From: an uncultured delta proteobacterium
GTDB taxonomy: Bacteria; Myxococcota_A; Polyangia; Fen-1088
DNA length: 64,000 bases
Reading direction: 5' to 3'
NCBI GenBank assembly: GCA_963767925.1
Contig: CAVYGB010000010.1
Span: 320,001 to 384,000 of the forward strand
Positions 25,875-35,246 of this stretch are shown here, piece by piece (within the stretch, counting starts at the first letter, position 1; each line of letters starts with the position of its first letter). Position numbers and translations under genes: made by a program. The notes under the pieces were generated by a model, which saw nothing but the letters and a program-made list of their open reading frames with translations, had not been told where the DNA came from and ran no database searches.

Positions 25875-27119
25875 ATGACAACACACCGCTGGCCTCGCGT
25901 CCTTGACACCCTGCTGTTCCTGCTGGCTGCACAGGTGGCCCTTTCGGCCACCTCCGCCTACGCCCAGGACGCCGAGCCCGCTGCCCCTCCGGCGCCGGCC
26001 CCCGAGCCGCCAGCGCCCCGCAAGTCCATCGATCTCGAGCGCGTCCAGATCGACCACCTGCTGGAGGAGGTCCATTCGGCCGACGCCAGGCTCGTTCAGG
26101 CCGGCGAGGCGGGGGGCCTGGCGGCCCAGCTCGCCGGAAGCGGGGCCCGCACCTACGTCCGCCTGCTGGCGGCGTTCTCGGCCCGGGTGGCGACCGAGGG
26201 CGGGGAGCTGGAGGAGGAGCATCCCGTCCTCCTGGGCGTGGACGAGTTCGAGATCCTCGTGGGCGCCGACGTCTTCGGCATCCTGACCGGGGAGCTCCGC
26301 CTCGACGCCGAGCCGGAGGGTCTCGAGCTGGAGGTGGCGCAGATAGATGCCAGGCTCGGCAAGGCGCTCTTGGTGCGGGGCGGCCTGTTCGCTTTGCCCG
26401 TGGGTGCGGTGAACGAGTACCTCTACCCCGAGCACACCGCCCTCGTCCCGCGGGTCGGCATCTCCCGGGTCTTCGGGGCCATCGTGCCGGTCGAGTGGCG
26501 GGGCGCCGGCCTCCAGGTGCGCGGGCGTTTCACCGGGTCCGGTGGCCACGCTCTGAGCTACGCGGCCTACCTGACCAGTCGGCTGTTGGTCGACGACGAG
26601 CTGCTGGAGCTGTCGACCGAGGGCGATATGCCCCCGGATCCCGCGGCCCCCGAGGACGAGGAGGAACCCAGCTACGCCTTCGGCGGCCAGGTGGGCTACT
26701 CGTTCGAGGACCAGCTTCATCTCGGCCTCTCCGCCATCAACGGCCCGCACCGGCTGTACGCCAACGAGCGCGCCACGGTGATCGACCTGCACGGCCAGCT
26801 TCACCTGGGACGGCTCGAGCTGCGCAGCGAAAACGCGGCCCTGGTCCTGGAGGACGGCACGTCCTGGGGCGTGAGCGCGTCGGCCGGGTACCTCCTGCGT
26901 CCCTGGCTGCAGCCGGCGCTCGGCTTCGAGATCTACGACGCCGATCAGAGCGTGGTTGGCGAGGGCACCCTGCTGCTGCAGTCCCTCAACTTCCGTCCGC
27001 TGGGCGAGCGCTACGCGCGGTTCATCGTGCGGGCCGCGACCTGGCAGCGCTTCGAGCGCGCGGCCAACGGCAACACGAAGGATTTCGGCGGCCTCCTGCA
27101 GATGGCGGCCGGCTTCTGA
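25875..27119 (+). CDS. Outer-membrane porin-like beta-barrel protein
   Basis: Signal peptide ending AYA, VRGGLFALPVG, WRGAGLQVRG, C-terminal Phe. Confidence 0.7.
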   Translation: MTTHRWPRVLDTLLFLLAAQVALSATSAYAQDAEPAAPPAPAPEPPAPRKSIDLERVQIDHLLEEVHSADARLVQAGEAGGLAAQLAGSGARTYVRLLAAFSARVATEGGELEEEHPVLLGVDEFEILVGADVFGILTGELRLDAEPEGLELEVAQIDARLGKALLVRGGLFALPVGAVNEYLYPEHTALVPRVGISRVFGAIVPVEWRGAGLQVRGRFTGSGGHALSYAAYLTSRLLVDDELLELSTEGDMPPDPAAPEDEEEPSYAFGGQVGYSFEDQLHLGLSAINGPHRLYANERATVIDLHGQLHLGRLELRSENAALVLEDGTSWGVSASAGYLLRPWLQPALGFEIYDADQSVVGEGTLLLQSLNFRPLGERYARFIVRAATWQRFERAANGNTKDFGGLLQMAAGF

Positions 27120-27272
27120 ACGCCTGGACGGGGCCAACCCCGGCCCCGACCAGATACGCGCGCCGGTGCCCACAGGGCGGCGCTCTCACGGCAAGGAGGG
27201 CGTGCCGGTGGGGGAGCGCGGGATTAAAGACCGCGCTCGTTACCCTCGATACGAACCCGGGGGGGGCCGCGG

Positions 27273-28568
27273 ATGTCGGGGAGGTGGGTGGGGTCCGTGA
27301 TCGCGCTGGCGATCTCGGCCGGGGACGGGGTGGCCTGGGGGCAGTCGCTGGCGGTGCGCCTGGATCACTCGGGTGAAGGGTGCGTCGCGCAGGGGTGGCG
27401 GTGGGACCTGGCCAGCAGGACCTGCACGATGACGGGCGATCTGGTCCGCAAGCAGCTCGTCCTCGCGGACGATGGCATCACCCTGGACTGTGCCGGGCGG
27501 CGGATCTGCTGGCCGCTTCCGGGCGGGGACTGCAGCGGGCCGGTCAACACGAGCTTCGGGGGTGACTTCCCGGAGAGTCGCCACGGGATCCTGGCGGTCG
27601 GGCACAGCGACATCGCGATCGTCGGCTGCGAGGTGATCGGCTTTCAGGACGCGAGCCTGGCGATCCACGGCGCGGGCGGCGCGGACGTGACCGGCATCCG
27701 CGTGAGGGGGTTCCGGGCCCGGGGCGGCTCGTACCACTACAACTCCGATCCCCTGAGCAACGGCCGCACGAAGGTCCCCGCGGACGGGCTGAACCTGAAG
27801 GACGTGCGCGCCAGCGTCTTCCAGGACATCGAGGTCTCGGGCTGGTCGGACCGCGCCGTCCACGTCACCGGCAACTACCGGCACAACGTGATGCGGAACC
27901 TCTGGCTGCACGACGGCCTCGACACCGGGGTGGCGGTGTTCAGCGACGTCAGCGGCGGCGTCGCCCACGACAACCTCTACGACACCCTCACCCACGAGTG
28001 GGCGGTGGACCGCGACCTGCAGGGGGTCGCCTTCACCATCAACGACGGCACCCGCAGCGTGCTCCGCCGCCTGCGCGCCTACCCCAAGTCGGGGCCGGGC
28101 ATCCGCTACTTCACCGGGCTGAGTGTCCGGGGCGACCACATCACCATCGTGGACTCCGAGTTCGTCGACCCGCAGCTCGTCGGCATCTCCCTGGCCTCCC
28201 CCGCCACCAACGTCACCGTGATCGGCAACCGCGTCCTGGGGGGCGGCGGCGGCATCTTCCTGCCCCGCCTGGGCCCGGCGCTCCTGCTGGGAAACCGCTT
28301 CTGCACCGATTTTCCGGCGGTCTTCGGCGCGGGGATGGTGATGTCCGACGTCGTCCGCATCCCACCGCCCGCCCCGGCCCTCGCCGCCCCCGTTGTCGGG
28401 ATCGGCAACACCTGCCGCACGACCACCGCCTGCACGTTCGAGCCCCCGGCGACCTACACCTGCACCGCCAACCCCGGCACCGCCGCCTACCGGGACCTCC
28501 AGACACCCGGAAATCCCTGCACCTTCACCTGCCCGGCCAGGCCCGCGGACGGGAGCCCCGAGCGCTAG
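27273..28568 (+). CDS. Secreted right-handed beta-helix (pectin-lyase-like) protein
   Basis: Signal peptide, DGITLDCAG, repeated GI-x-V...N-V-T-V-I-G-N turns. Confidence 0.7.
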   Translation: MSGRWVGSVIALAISAGDGVAWGQSLAVRLDHSGEGCVAQGWRWDLASRTCTMTGDLVRKQLVLADDGITLDCAGRRICWPLPGGDCSGPVNTSFGGDFPESRHGILAVGHSDIAIVGCEVIGFQDASLAIHGAGGADVTGIRVRGFRARGGSYHYNSDPLSNGRTKVPADGLNLKDVRASVFQDIEVSGWSDRAVHVTGNYRHNVMRNLWLHDGLDTGVAVFSDVSGGVAHDNLYDTLTHEWAVDRDLQGVAFTINDGTRSVLRRLRAYPKSGPGIRYFTGLSVRGDHITIVDSEFVDPQLVGISLASPATNVTVIGNRVLGGGGGIFLPRLGPALLLGNRFCTDFPAVFGAGMVMSDVVRIPPPAPALAAPVVGIGNTCRTTTACTFEPPATYTCTANPGTAAYRDLQTPGNPCTFTCPARPADGSPER

Positions 28569-28629
28569 ACGCGCGCCTTCGAGGCGGCGAGTCGCGGTGG
28601 CCGAGGCGGCCTGCCGCCAACCGTCCGCA

Positions 28630-28790
28630 AGTCCCCTGGAACAGGGAAGTCTTGCATATGTCGGCGAGGCATCTTCGTTCCTGGCAAGGCGCGAGGATGG
28701 CGAATACCTGGCGTATTTACCGACGAGCAAGGCAGCCAGGGACGAAGAGGACCGGCGACATATGCAGGACTTCCCTGTTCCAGGGACTAG
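28630..28790. mobile_element. ~160-bp palindromic MITE-like element (ERIC-like architecture)
   Basis: 33/34-bp terminal inverted repeats (28630-28663 vs 28756-28788), inner 14-bp IR, ends in CTAG; a partial left end recurs at 20956-20980. Confidence 0.65.
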
Positions 28791-28819
28791 ACCCAATGTG
28801 GTTCGGTTAGCTCTGTGAA

Positions 28820-28940
28820 CCCTCTCCCCGCGGTCCGCCGTGGGGAGAGGGCAGGGTGAGGGGCGGTTGCCAGGCCGGAGGCCCCTCACCCGTCGCGCAG
28901 ACGCGCCGACCTCTCCCCACGGCAGACCGCGGGGAGAGGT
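28820..28940. repeat. REP-like inverted doublet (CCTCTCCCC...GGGGAGAGG hairpins)
   Basis: Two ~30-bp hairpin units that are near-perfect reverse complements, with inner GGGTGAGGGGC/GCCCCTCACCC. Confidence 0.7.
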
Positions 28941-28998
28941 GATTTCGCCCCGCCCATTGCGGGGGTGAACCCTCCGCCCAACCCCCACGGCATTGCCG

Positions 28999-30252
28999 CT
29001 AATCGGGGATCAAACGCTGGTGGGCGGCGCGGAGGAGGGGGGCCAGGCGGGTGGCCCAGGTGGCCTGGGCGGGCTCGTCGGCGATCAGGTCCTGGCGCAG
29101 CTCGAGCTCGACGTGGAGGAGGCCGCGGCGTTCGCCGTGCTCGACAATGGAGTAGTCGGTGGCGTCGCTGGCGGCGTAGGGCTCGTTGTCGCCGACCACC
29201 AGGTCGGGCTGCTGTCGCAGCAGGTCCAGCAGCAGGTGGGCCAGGCGGGTGTCGCGCAGGTGCAGGACCCCCACCTGCCAGATGCGGGTCCGGCCGTCGC
29301 CGAGGGCGGGGGTGAAGCTGTGCAAGGAGACCAGCACGGTGGTCCGCCCCGCCCGGAGCCGCTGGTCGAGCTCGGCGCGGATCCGGTCGTGGTAGGGGTG
29401 AAAGATCTCGCGCGCCCGGCGCTCGGCCTCGGCGGCGGAGATCCCCTGGTTGCCCGGGATCACCGTGCCATCGCTGGTGGCGAGGATCGACTCGGGCGTC
29501 CCCGGTGGGCGGTTGGCGTCGATGGCGAGCCGCGAGTAGGTCTGCAAGATGGCGACGGCGTCGAGCTGATCGGCGAGCCGGCGGGCCACGCCCGCCACCC
29601 CGAGGTCCCAGGCGATGTGGCGGTCGAGATCCCGCTCCGAGAGCCCCAGCGTGCCGAGGCGGGCGGGCAGCCGGCGCCCGGCGTGGTCACAGGTGATGAG
29701 GAAAGGCGACTTGCCCGCCGGGCGCTCCACCCGGAAGGGGGGCGGGTCGCCGACCGGGGCCCCGGCGTTGCCCGCGTCCTCGCTCGCGCCGCCGTCCCCG
29801 CCGCTGGCCCGCCCGTCGGGGGCAAGGCCTTCCGCCGGGGCCGGCGGGAGGTCGGGCAGGCGCCGGGGGCGGCCCCAGACCAGCCGGCCCTCCATGAACA
29901 CGGCGGTGACCATCGCCGGCTCGAGGGTCATGCGCCGGCGGCGCTCCGGGGAGAGCTGGTGCTCGGGGTGCAGCTCCCGCACCCGGCGGAAGCAGAGCTG
30001 ACCGTTCTCGATACCGACGAAGCGCATGCCGCCGAAGCCAACCCGGGCCGCGCCGGCCGCGTCCTCCGCCAGCACGATCTGATCGGTCGGCAGCGGCACC
30101 CGGCGCCCCCCGGCGAAGGTCACGAAGGTGCCGGGCGGGCCGTTGCCCACCACGGGCAGCCCGGGCACGAAGGCCGGCTCCCGCTGGACGCGACTGCCCG
30201 GCACCAGCTCGACCAGGCAATAGGGGAGCGGTGGCTGGTCGTCGGTCGTCAT
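28999..30252 (-). CDS. N-formylglutamate amidohydrolase with an extra ~125-aa N-terminal domain
   Basis: TCDHAG, HIAWDLG, YSRLAIDANR, LHSFTP, VGDNEPY, ELELRQDL. Confidence 0.85.
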   Translation of the reverse strand: MTTDDQPPLPYCLVELVPGSRVQREPAFVPGLPVVGNGPPGTFVTFAGGRRVPLPTDQIVLAEDAAGAARVGFGGMRFVGIENGQLCFRRVRELHPEHQLSPERRRRMTLEPAMVTAVFMEGRLVWGRPRRLPDLPPAPAEGLAPDGRASGGDGGASEDAGNAGAPVGDPPPFRVERPAGKSPFLITCDHAGRRLPARLGTLGLSERDLDRHIAWDLGVAGVARRLADQLDAVAILQTYSRLAIDANRPPGTPESILATSDGTVIPGNQGISAAEAERRAREIFHPYHDRIRAELDQRLRAGRTTVLVSLHSFTPALGDGRTRIWQVGVLHLRDTRLAHLLLDLLRQQPDLVVGDNEPYAASDATDYSIVEHGERRGLLHVELELRQDLIADEPAQATWATRLAPLLRAAHQRLIPD

Positions 30253-30558
30253 GGGCCTGCCCGCGCAGCCTAGCGCACCCGCCGCCCGGCCGTCGGAGTC
30301 AGCGCGATGCAGCCCCTACGGGCACCCTTGACCGGCGGCCGAAGATCGCCTGTACTTGGAGGGCTCGCGCGCTGCTCGCGCGAAGCCCGGGAGGTCAGCC
30401 CATGCCTGATCCGACAGGGCAAAGGGGAGTCCTCTCCTCGAGCAGCGTGACAGTCGTCCGTCTTCCTCTATCCGCGCCGCGCGGGGTGCATGGGCCCGAA
30501 CGCGCGACGCTCGGAGGGAAGCCATGACTGTGAAACGCGACCTGAAGAAGGTGGCCCC

Positions 30559-32136
30559 GTGAGGCGCGCCCGCACCATCCCGGCAATCCTCTGTCTGGCC
30601 GGGCTGGGCCACCCGGGCGCGGCGGCCGCCGCGGTGGAGCGCTTCGCGGTCGTCGTCGGCAACAACACCGGCCGGGCCTCCGAAACGCCGCTGCGTTATG
30701 CCGAGACCGACGCCGACCGGATCTACGACACCCTCAAGGGCGTCGGAGGCTTCGCGCCGGAGAACATCCTGCTGCTCAAGGGGGAGCGGGCGCCCGCCCT
30801 CACCCGGGCGCTCATCGCCACCAACGACCGGGTCCGGGCGGCGATCAGCCGTCCCGGCGCGCAGGTCATGCTGTTCGTCTATTTCTCTGGCCACGCCGAC
30901 AACACCGCGATCCACCTGGGGGCGACCGACCTCGAGCTGCGCACGCTGGAGCAGCTCGTCCGCTCGTCGGCGGCGTCGTTCCGGGTGCTCGTGCTCGACG
31001 CCTGCCGCTCCGGCGCGGTGACCCGGACCAAGGGGGGCGTCCCCGGGCCGCCGTTCCTGGCGGCGATCACGGCCCCGCTCGACAGCGAGGGGGTGGTCTT
31101 CCTGACCTCGAGCGCCTCCAGCGAGGACGCGCAGGAGTCCGACGAGATCCGCGGGTCGTTCTTCACCCACTATCTCACCTCGGCGCTGCTGGGGGCCGGC
31201 GACGGCGACGGCGACGGTCGGGTCACGCTGGAAGAGGCCTACCGCTACGCCTATGGCTGGACCCTCTCGGCCTCCTCGCGGACCCGCGCCGGGCTCCAGC
31301 ACCCGACCTTCGAATACGACGTCCGCGGTCAGGGCGGGATCGTCATCACCGAACCGGGCGCCTACTCGGACAGCCGCGCCACCCTCGTGTTTCCCGCGGG
31401 CCGGGACTACCTGCTGACCCACCCCGAGTCGGGCGGCGCGGTGGTCGGCGAGGTGCCCGCCGGGGCGGCCTCCCGGAGGCTGGCGGTCAAGCCCGGGCGC
31501 TACTTCGTGCGCGGGCGGGCCCGGGACTTCCTCCTCGAGGGCGAGGTGGCGGCCGAGGTGCAACGGACGATCGAGGTGCGCGACGAGGGGCTGCGCCGGG
31601 TGGAATACGCCCGGCTGGTCCGCAAGGGCGGGGACGCGCCGCCAGCCCGGAGCCTCCAGGTCGGATACAGCTTTCACACCCCCCTCCGGAACGCCGACTC
31701 GCTCTGCCACGGCGGGTTCCTCGGCTACGCCCTGGCCTCGTCTTGGCTCGACCTCGGCGCGCGCCTCGAGGGCTGCCGGGCTGGCTTTCACAACGACTAC
31801 GTGCGCGCGGGGAACACGGAGCTGGCGGCGAGCCTGACCGCCGGCCTGACCCACGATCTGAGGCGGGTGTCGGTGAGCGGCGGCCTCTCGGGGGGCGTGG
31901 CCCTCCTGCGGCAGGCGTTCCGGACGCCCGGCGTGGCCCCGCCCCGCACCTCCCTGGCGCCGCACTTCGGGCTCTTCGCCGGCCTGAGCACGGACCTGGG
32001 GCACGGCTTTCACCTGACGCTCGAGAGCGCCCTGCGCACCTACCTGTTCTCGGTTGTCGAGCGGCAGCCGGGGCCGGCCACCCTGCAGCCGTCGGCGGCG
32101 TTCCAGCAGCTCGTCGGCCTCGGCCGCTACTGGTGA
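30559..32136 (+). CDS. Secreted caspase-family (C14) peptidase with C-terminal beta-barrel-like region
   Basis: RFAVVVGNN, LRYAETDA, catalytic YFSGHAD and LDACRSG, SFFTHYL, QHPT. Confidence 0.85.
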   Translation: MRRARTIPAILCLAGLGHPGAAAAAVERFAVVVGNNTGRASETPLRYAETDADRIYDTLKGVGGFAPENILLLKGERAPALTRALIATNDRVRAAISRPGAQVMLFVYFSGHADNTAIHLGATDLELRTLEQLVRSSAASFRVLVLDACRSGAVTRTKGGVPGPPFLAAITAPLDSEGVVFLTSSASSEDAQESDEIRGSFFTHYLTSALLGAGDGDGDGRVTLEEAYRYAYGWTLSASSRTRAGLQHPTFEYDVRGQGGIVITEPGAYSDSRATLVFPAGRDYLLTHPESGGAVVGEVPAGAASRRLAVKPGRYFVRGRARDFLLEGEVAAEVQRTIEVRDEGLRRVEYARLVRKGGDAPPARSLQVGYSFHTPLRNADSLCHGGFLGYALASSWLDLGARLEGCRAGFHNDYVRAGNTELAASLTAGLTHDLRRVSVSGGLSGGVALLRQAFRTPGVAPPRTSLAPHFGLFAGLSTDLGHGFHLTLESALRTYLFSVVERQPGPATLQPSAAFQQLVGLGRYW

Positions 32137-32170
32137 GGCGCGAGCCGCGCGAAGGGGCGCTGGCTTCCGG

Positions 32171-33373
32171 TCAGCGGCGGCCGCCTACCAGGGCGGGCGG
32201 GGGGTGGAAGGCGGCGGCCTCCTCGCCCAGGCCGCCGGTGATGGCGGCGTCCCAGTACCTGTCGCCGAGGGTTGTGGCGAGCGAGCGCCAGAGCGGCAGG
32301 CGGTTGAGGCGGGCGGCCAGGCGGTTGGCGGGACGGAGGACGGCCAGCAGCGGCTGCCAGGAGGTGGGGGGGATGCCGAGCGCGTCGGCCAGGTGCTCGC
32401 CGACGAGCAGGCGGCTGATGGAGAGCAAGACGCCCCGGCGGGCGGCGGCTGCGGCCCGCTCGGCGAGGCCGGAGGGCTGGCCCACCCGGGCGTTGATCAG
32501 CGCGGCCACCAGGGCGCGCGCGTCGTCGTCGGGCTCGCCCTGCGTGTCGGCGATCATGCGCGCCAGCCGCAAGCCCGCGTCGAACGACGCCGGCAGCAGG
32601 TCGGCGTCCACCCCCATCCGGAGACCGGTGTAGCGCCACAGGTGCACGACGTCGTCGGCCTCGTCGGCGCCGATACCGTAGCCCAGCCGGCGCAGCCCGT
32701 CGATCATCGCCACCGAGAACAGCAACACCGTGGCCAGCATGTCGTGCTGGTTCAGGGGGGCGCCCCAGTGCTGCGGCTGCCAGCGGCCGCTCGCCAGGAT
32801 CAGGCGGCGCACCTGGGCATGCATCAGGCGCACCTTCACCGTGATGGCAAACCCATCGGCGAAGCGCCGCATCCCCCCTGGGCGGCTGACCGCCTGCACG
32901 AAGCGGCTGGTCTCCGCCAGCCGCCGCGGCGCCTGCTCCTGCAGCCGCCCCGACATCACCAGCGGCTTGTTGCCCGCCGGCGAGGCGTACCCCGAGAGGA
33001 GCGACTTGAGCCCCAGGACGATCCCCGCCGCCGGCCCCGCCCGCATCACGACGTTCCCCCCTCGATCCGCCCGCGCCCAGTCGACCCACCCGGGCACCGC
33101 ATCCACGTCGGCAAACAGGGCGCGCAACGACGCCGGCGCCCCGGCCACCGCCGCGACGCCGCCCAGCAGCGCCCGCTCCAGGAGGGCGAACCCCTCCCCC
33201 GCCGCCAGGTCCGCGAAGTCCGCCATCGCCGCATCGGCCAGCGGGTCGGTCCGGTCGAACAGCGGCACCAGCCGATCGAGCGCGGGACCATACGTCATCC
33301 GCTGCGCCTCCCCCGGCTGAAAACGACTCGGCGGCCGGCCGCCCACCTGCGGTTCGGGTCGTACGTCCTGCAC
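32171..33373 (-). CDS. Oxygenase MpaB/Lcp (DUF2236) family protein; start uncertain
   Basis: DPLADA, VPGWVDW, RRLAET, VRLMHAQVR, PLNQHDM, HLWRYTG. Confidence 0.85.
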   Translation of the reverse strand: MQDVRPEPQVGGRPPSRFQPGEAQRMTYGPALDRLVPLFDRTDPLADAAMADFADLAAGEGFALLERALLGGVAAVAGAPASLRALFADVDAVPGWVDWARADRGGNVVMRAGPAAGIVLGLKSLLSGYASPAGNKPLVMSGRLQEQAPRRLAETSRFVQAVSRPGGMRRFADGFAITVKVRLMHAQVRRLILASGRWQPQHWGAPLNQHDMLATVLLFSVAMIDGLRRLGYGIGADEADDVVHLWRYTGLRMGVDADLLPASFDAGLRLARMIADTQGEPDDDARALVAALINARVGQPSGLAERAAAAARRGVLLSISRLLVGEHLADALGIPPTSWQPLLAVLRPANRLAARLNRLPLWRSLATTLGDRYWDAAITGGLGEEAAAFHPPPALVGGRR

Positions 33374-33629
33374 CGTAGGCTTGGATGACCGCCCCCCCGT
33401 CTCCGTGACAGGAGATCGACGTCGGACCCGCCCGGACCTCCTGGAGCCGGGCACGCGGCGTCTGCGCAGGCTCGATGGCTTCGCTCACGAAGGTTCAGGA
33501 CCCCCGCCTGGTCGCTGGGTCCACCTCGCCTTGAGGACGCGTCGGAGAAGGTGGCGACGAAGGGGATGGACGCTGCGGAGGGCATTGATCGCTTTACACA
33601 TGGAGGTGTGGGCAGGGATATTCGACGTG

Positions 33630-34253
33630 ATGAAGTCCAGGCATGAATCGCCGCTCGCCGCGCTGGTCGAGGAGTTTGTCGTTCGTCTCACTTCCATCGT
33701 CCAGGAGATAGCCTCGCAGCGACTGCGAACCACACTTCTCGGCGCTTTTGACGTCGAGCCCAGGCGCGGCCCTGGGCGTCCGCCAAAAAACCCGACGTTC
33801 ACAGGCCTGTCGCTGGCAGCCGGCAGGTCGCGACGCCCCAAGCAGCTGTGCCCCGTCCCGGGCTGCAAGAACGTGGCGGCGCCCGTCTTCGGCATGGTCT
33901 GCGGAGCCCATCGGGACGTACCCAAGGCCAAGATCAGGGAGTACCGCGAGGCCCGTCGCGGAGGAGCGCCCGATCGTCCGTCGAAGAAGCGGTCGCCAGC
34001 ATCGCGACCAGCTCCTGCCCGGGTAACTGCCAAGAAGCGGGGCACTGCCCGGACAAGTGGCCGCAAACGTCAAGGAAGGAGCCCAACCACCGTTCGAGCC
34101 GCGAAACCTCGCGCGAACGCGAAGATGAAGGGCCCGGTAAAAGCGAAGGCCACGTCGGCCAAGAAGGCCACTTCAGGGGCCCATCCTTCACAGATGAGCG
34201 AGAACGGACTCGACACCTCCCCGCCGGCATCTTCGTCTGACGCTGGAGCCTGA
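33630..34253 (+). CDS. Basic putative DNA-binding protein (AT-hook-like motif, Cys/His zinc motif, Lys/Arg-rich tail)
   Basis: RRGPGRPPK; CPVPGC-x10-C-x2-H; KKR/RKR-rich C-terminus. Confidence 0.6.
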   Translation: MKSRHESPLAALVEEFVVRLTSIVQEIASQRLRTTLLGAFDVEPRRGPGRPPKNPTFTGLSLAAGRSRRPKQLCPVPGCKNVAAPVFGMVCGAHRDVPKAKIREYREARRGGAPDRPSKKRSPASRPAPARVTAKKRGTARTSGRKRQGRSPTTVRAAKPRANAKMKGPVKAKATSAKKATSGAHPSQMSENGLDTSPPASSSDAGA

Positions 34254-34374
34254 CTCCTGGCCCGGCTGAGTCCTACCGGGTGCGGCGCTGAGGTCGGTGC
34301 CTCGGGCCATGTCTGGCGGACCGCTTTCAGGCAATTGCCTTGTCCAGAGCGGGATCCGGGTTAACTTCGCCACC

Positions 34375-35085
34375 ATGTGGCCCTTTCTGCTCGCCGCCCT
34401 GGCCGCCGCCCCCGCCACCCCCGCTGCCGGATCGCCAAGCGCGCTGTCTCGGGACCCGAGCGGGTGGGTGGACATCCTGCCTGGCCCCGGGCTCGCGGGG
34501 TGGACGCGCGTCGAGCCGATCAGCACCCGGGGGGTCAAGAGCGTCATCCACCGCGACCACGCCCTCTGGCTTCCCGACCGCAAGACCGGCCTGCTGGAGT
34601 GCCGGGCCCACCTGCCCCCCATCGGCGCCGACGGCGAGCCGGGCAGCCACGAGATGCTCCGCCACGACAAGGAGGTGGGAGACTTCGTCTTCCACGTCGA
34701 GTGGCGCTTCGTGGATCCCGGCCGCAAGGGCTGGAACGCCGGGATCTACGCCCGGGTGACGACACCCCAGGTCTGGCATCAGGCCCAGGTGGGGGCCGAG
34801 GGATCGGGCCACTGGTTCGGGGACACGCCCGACGCCAGCGGGAAGATCGGGCGAGCCCAGGTCGAAGCGCGCGAGCGCCGGGTGAAGCCCCCCGGCCAGT
34901 GGAACATTTACGAGATCACCGGCCGGGGCGACAGCCTCTCGCTGTGGGTGAACGGCGCGACCGTCGCCGAGTGGCGCGGGCTGCACGTCCTGCGCGGTCA
35001 CGTCGGCCTGGAAGCCGAGCGCCACCACATCCAGTTCCGCAACCTGCGCCTCAAGGAGCTGGCACCGGTACCCGCGGCGCGCTGA
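34375..35085 (+). CDS. DUF1080 / 3-keto-disaccharide hydrolase family protein
   Basis: DFVFHVEWR, NAGIY, GQWNIYEI, GHVGLEAE, IQFRNLRLK. Confidence 0.85.
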   Translation: MWPFLLAALAAAPATPAAGSPSALSRDPSGWVDILPGPGLAGWTRVEPISTRGVKSVIHRDHALWLPDRKTGLLECRAHLPPIGADGEPGSHEMLRHDKEVGDFVFHVEWRFVDPGRKGWNAGIYARVTTPQVWHQAQVGAEGSGHWFGDTPDASGKIGRAQVEARERRVKPPGQWNIYEITGRGDSLSLWVNGATVAEWRGLHVLRGHVGLEAERHHIQFRNLRLKELAPVPAAR

Positions 35086-35246
35086 CGGGCGCCCCTTGCA
35101 GCTTCGCGACGCTGCGGGTTCAGCGCCGCGGCCCTTTCTTCGCGCTTCATCGCTGGGTAGCTGTCCGCCTGTGGACTGAAATCTCGCGACGGCGACGGCG
35201 GGCCCTCTGCTGACTTCGGGGGGGTTCTGGCCTACCATGGCCGGCG

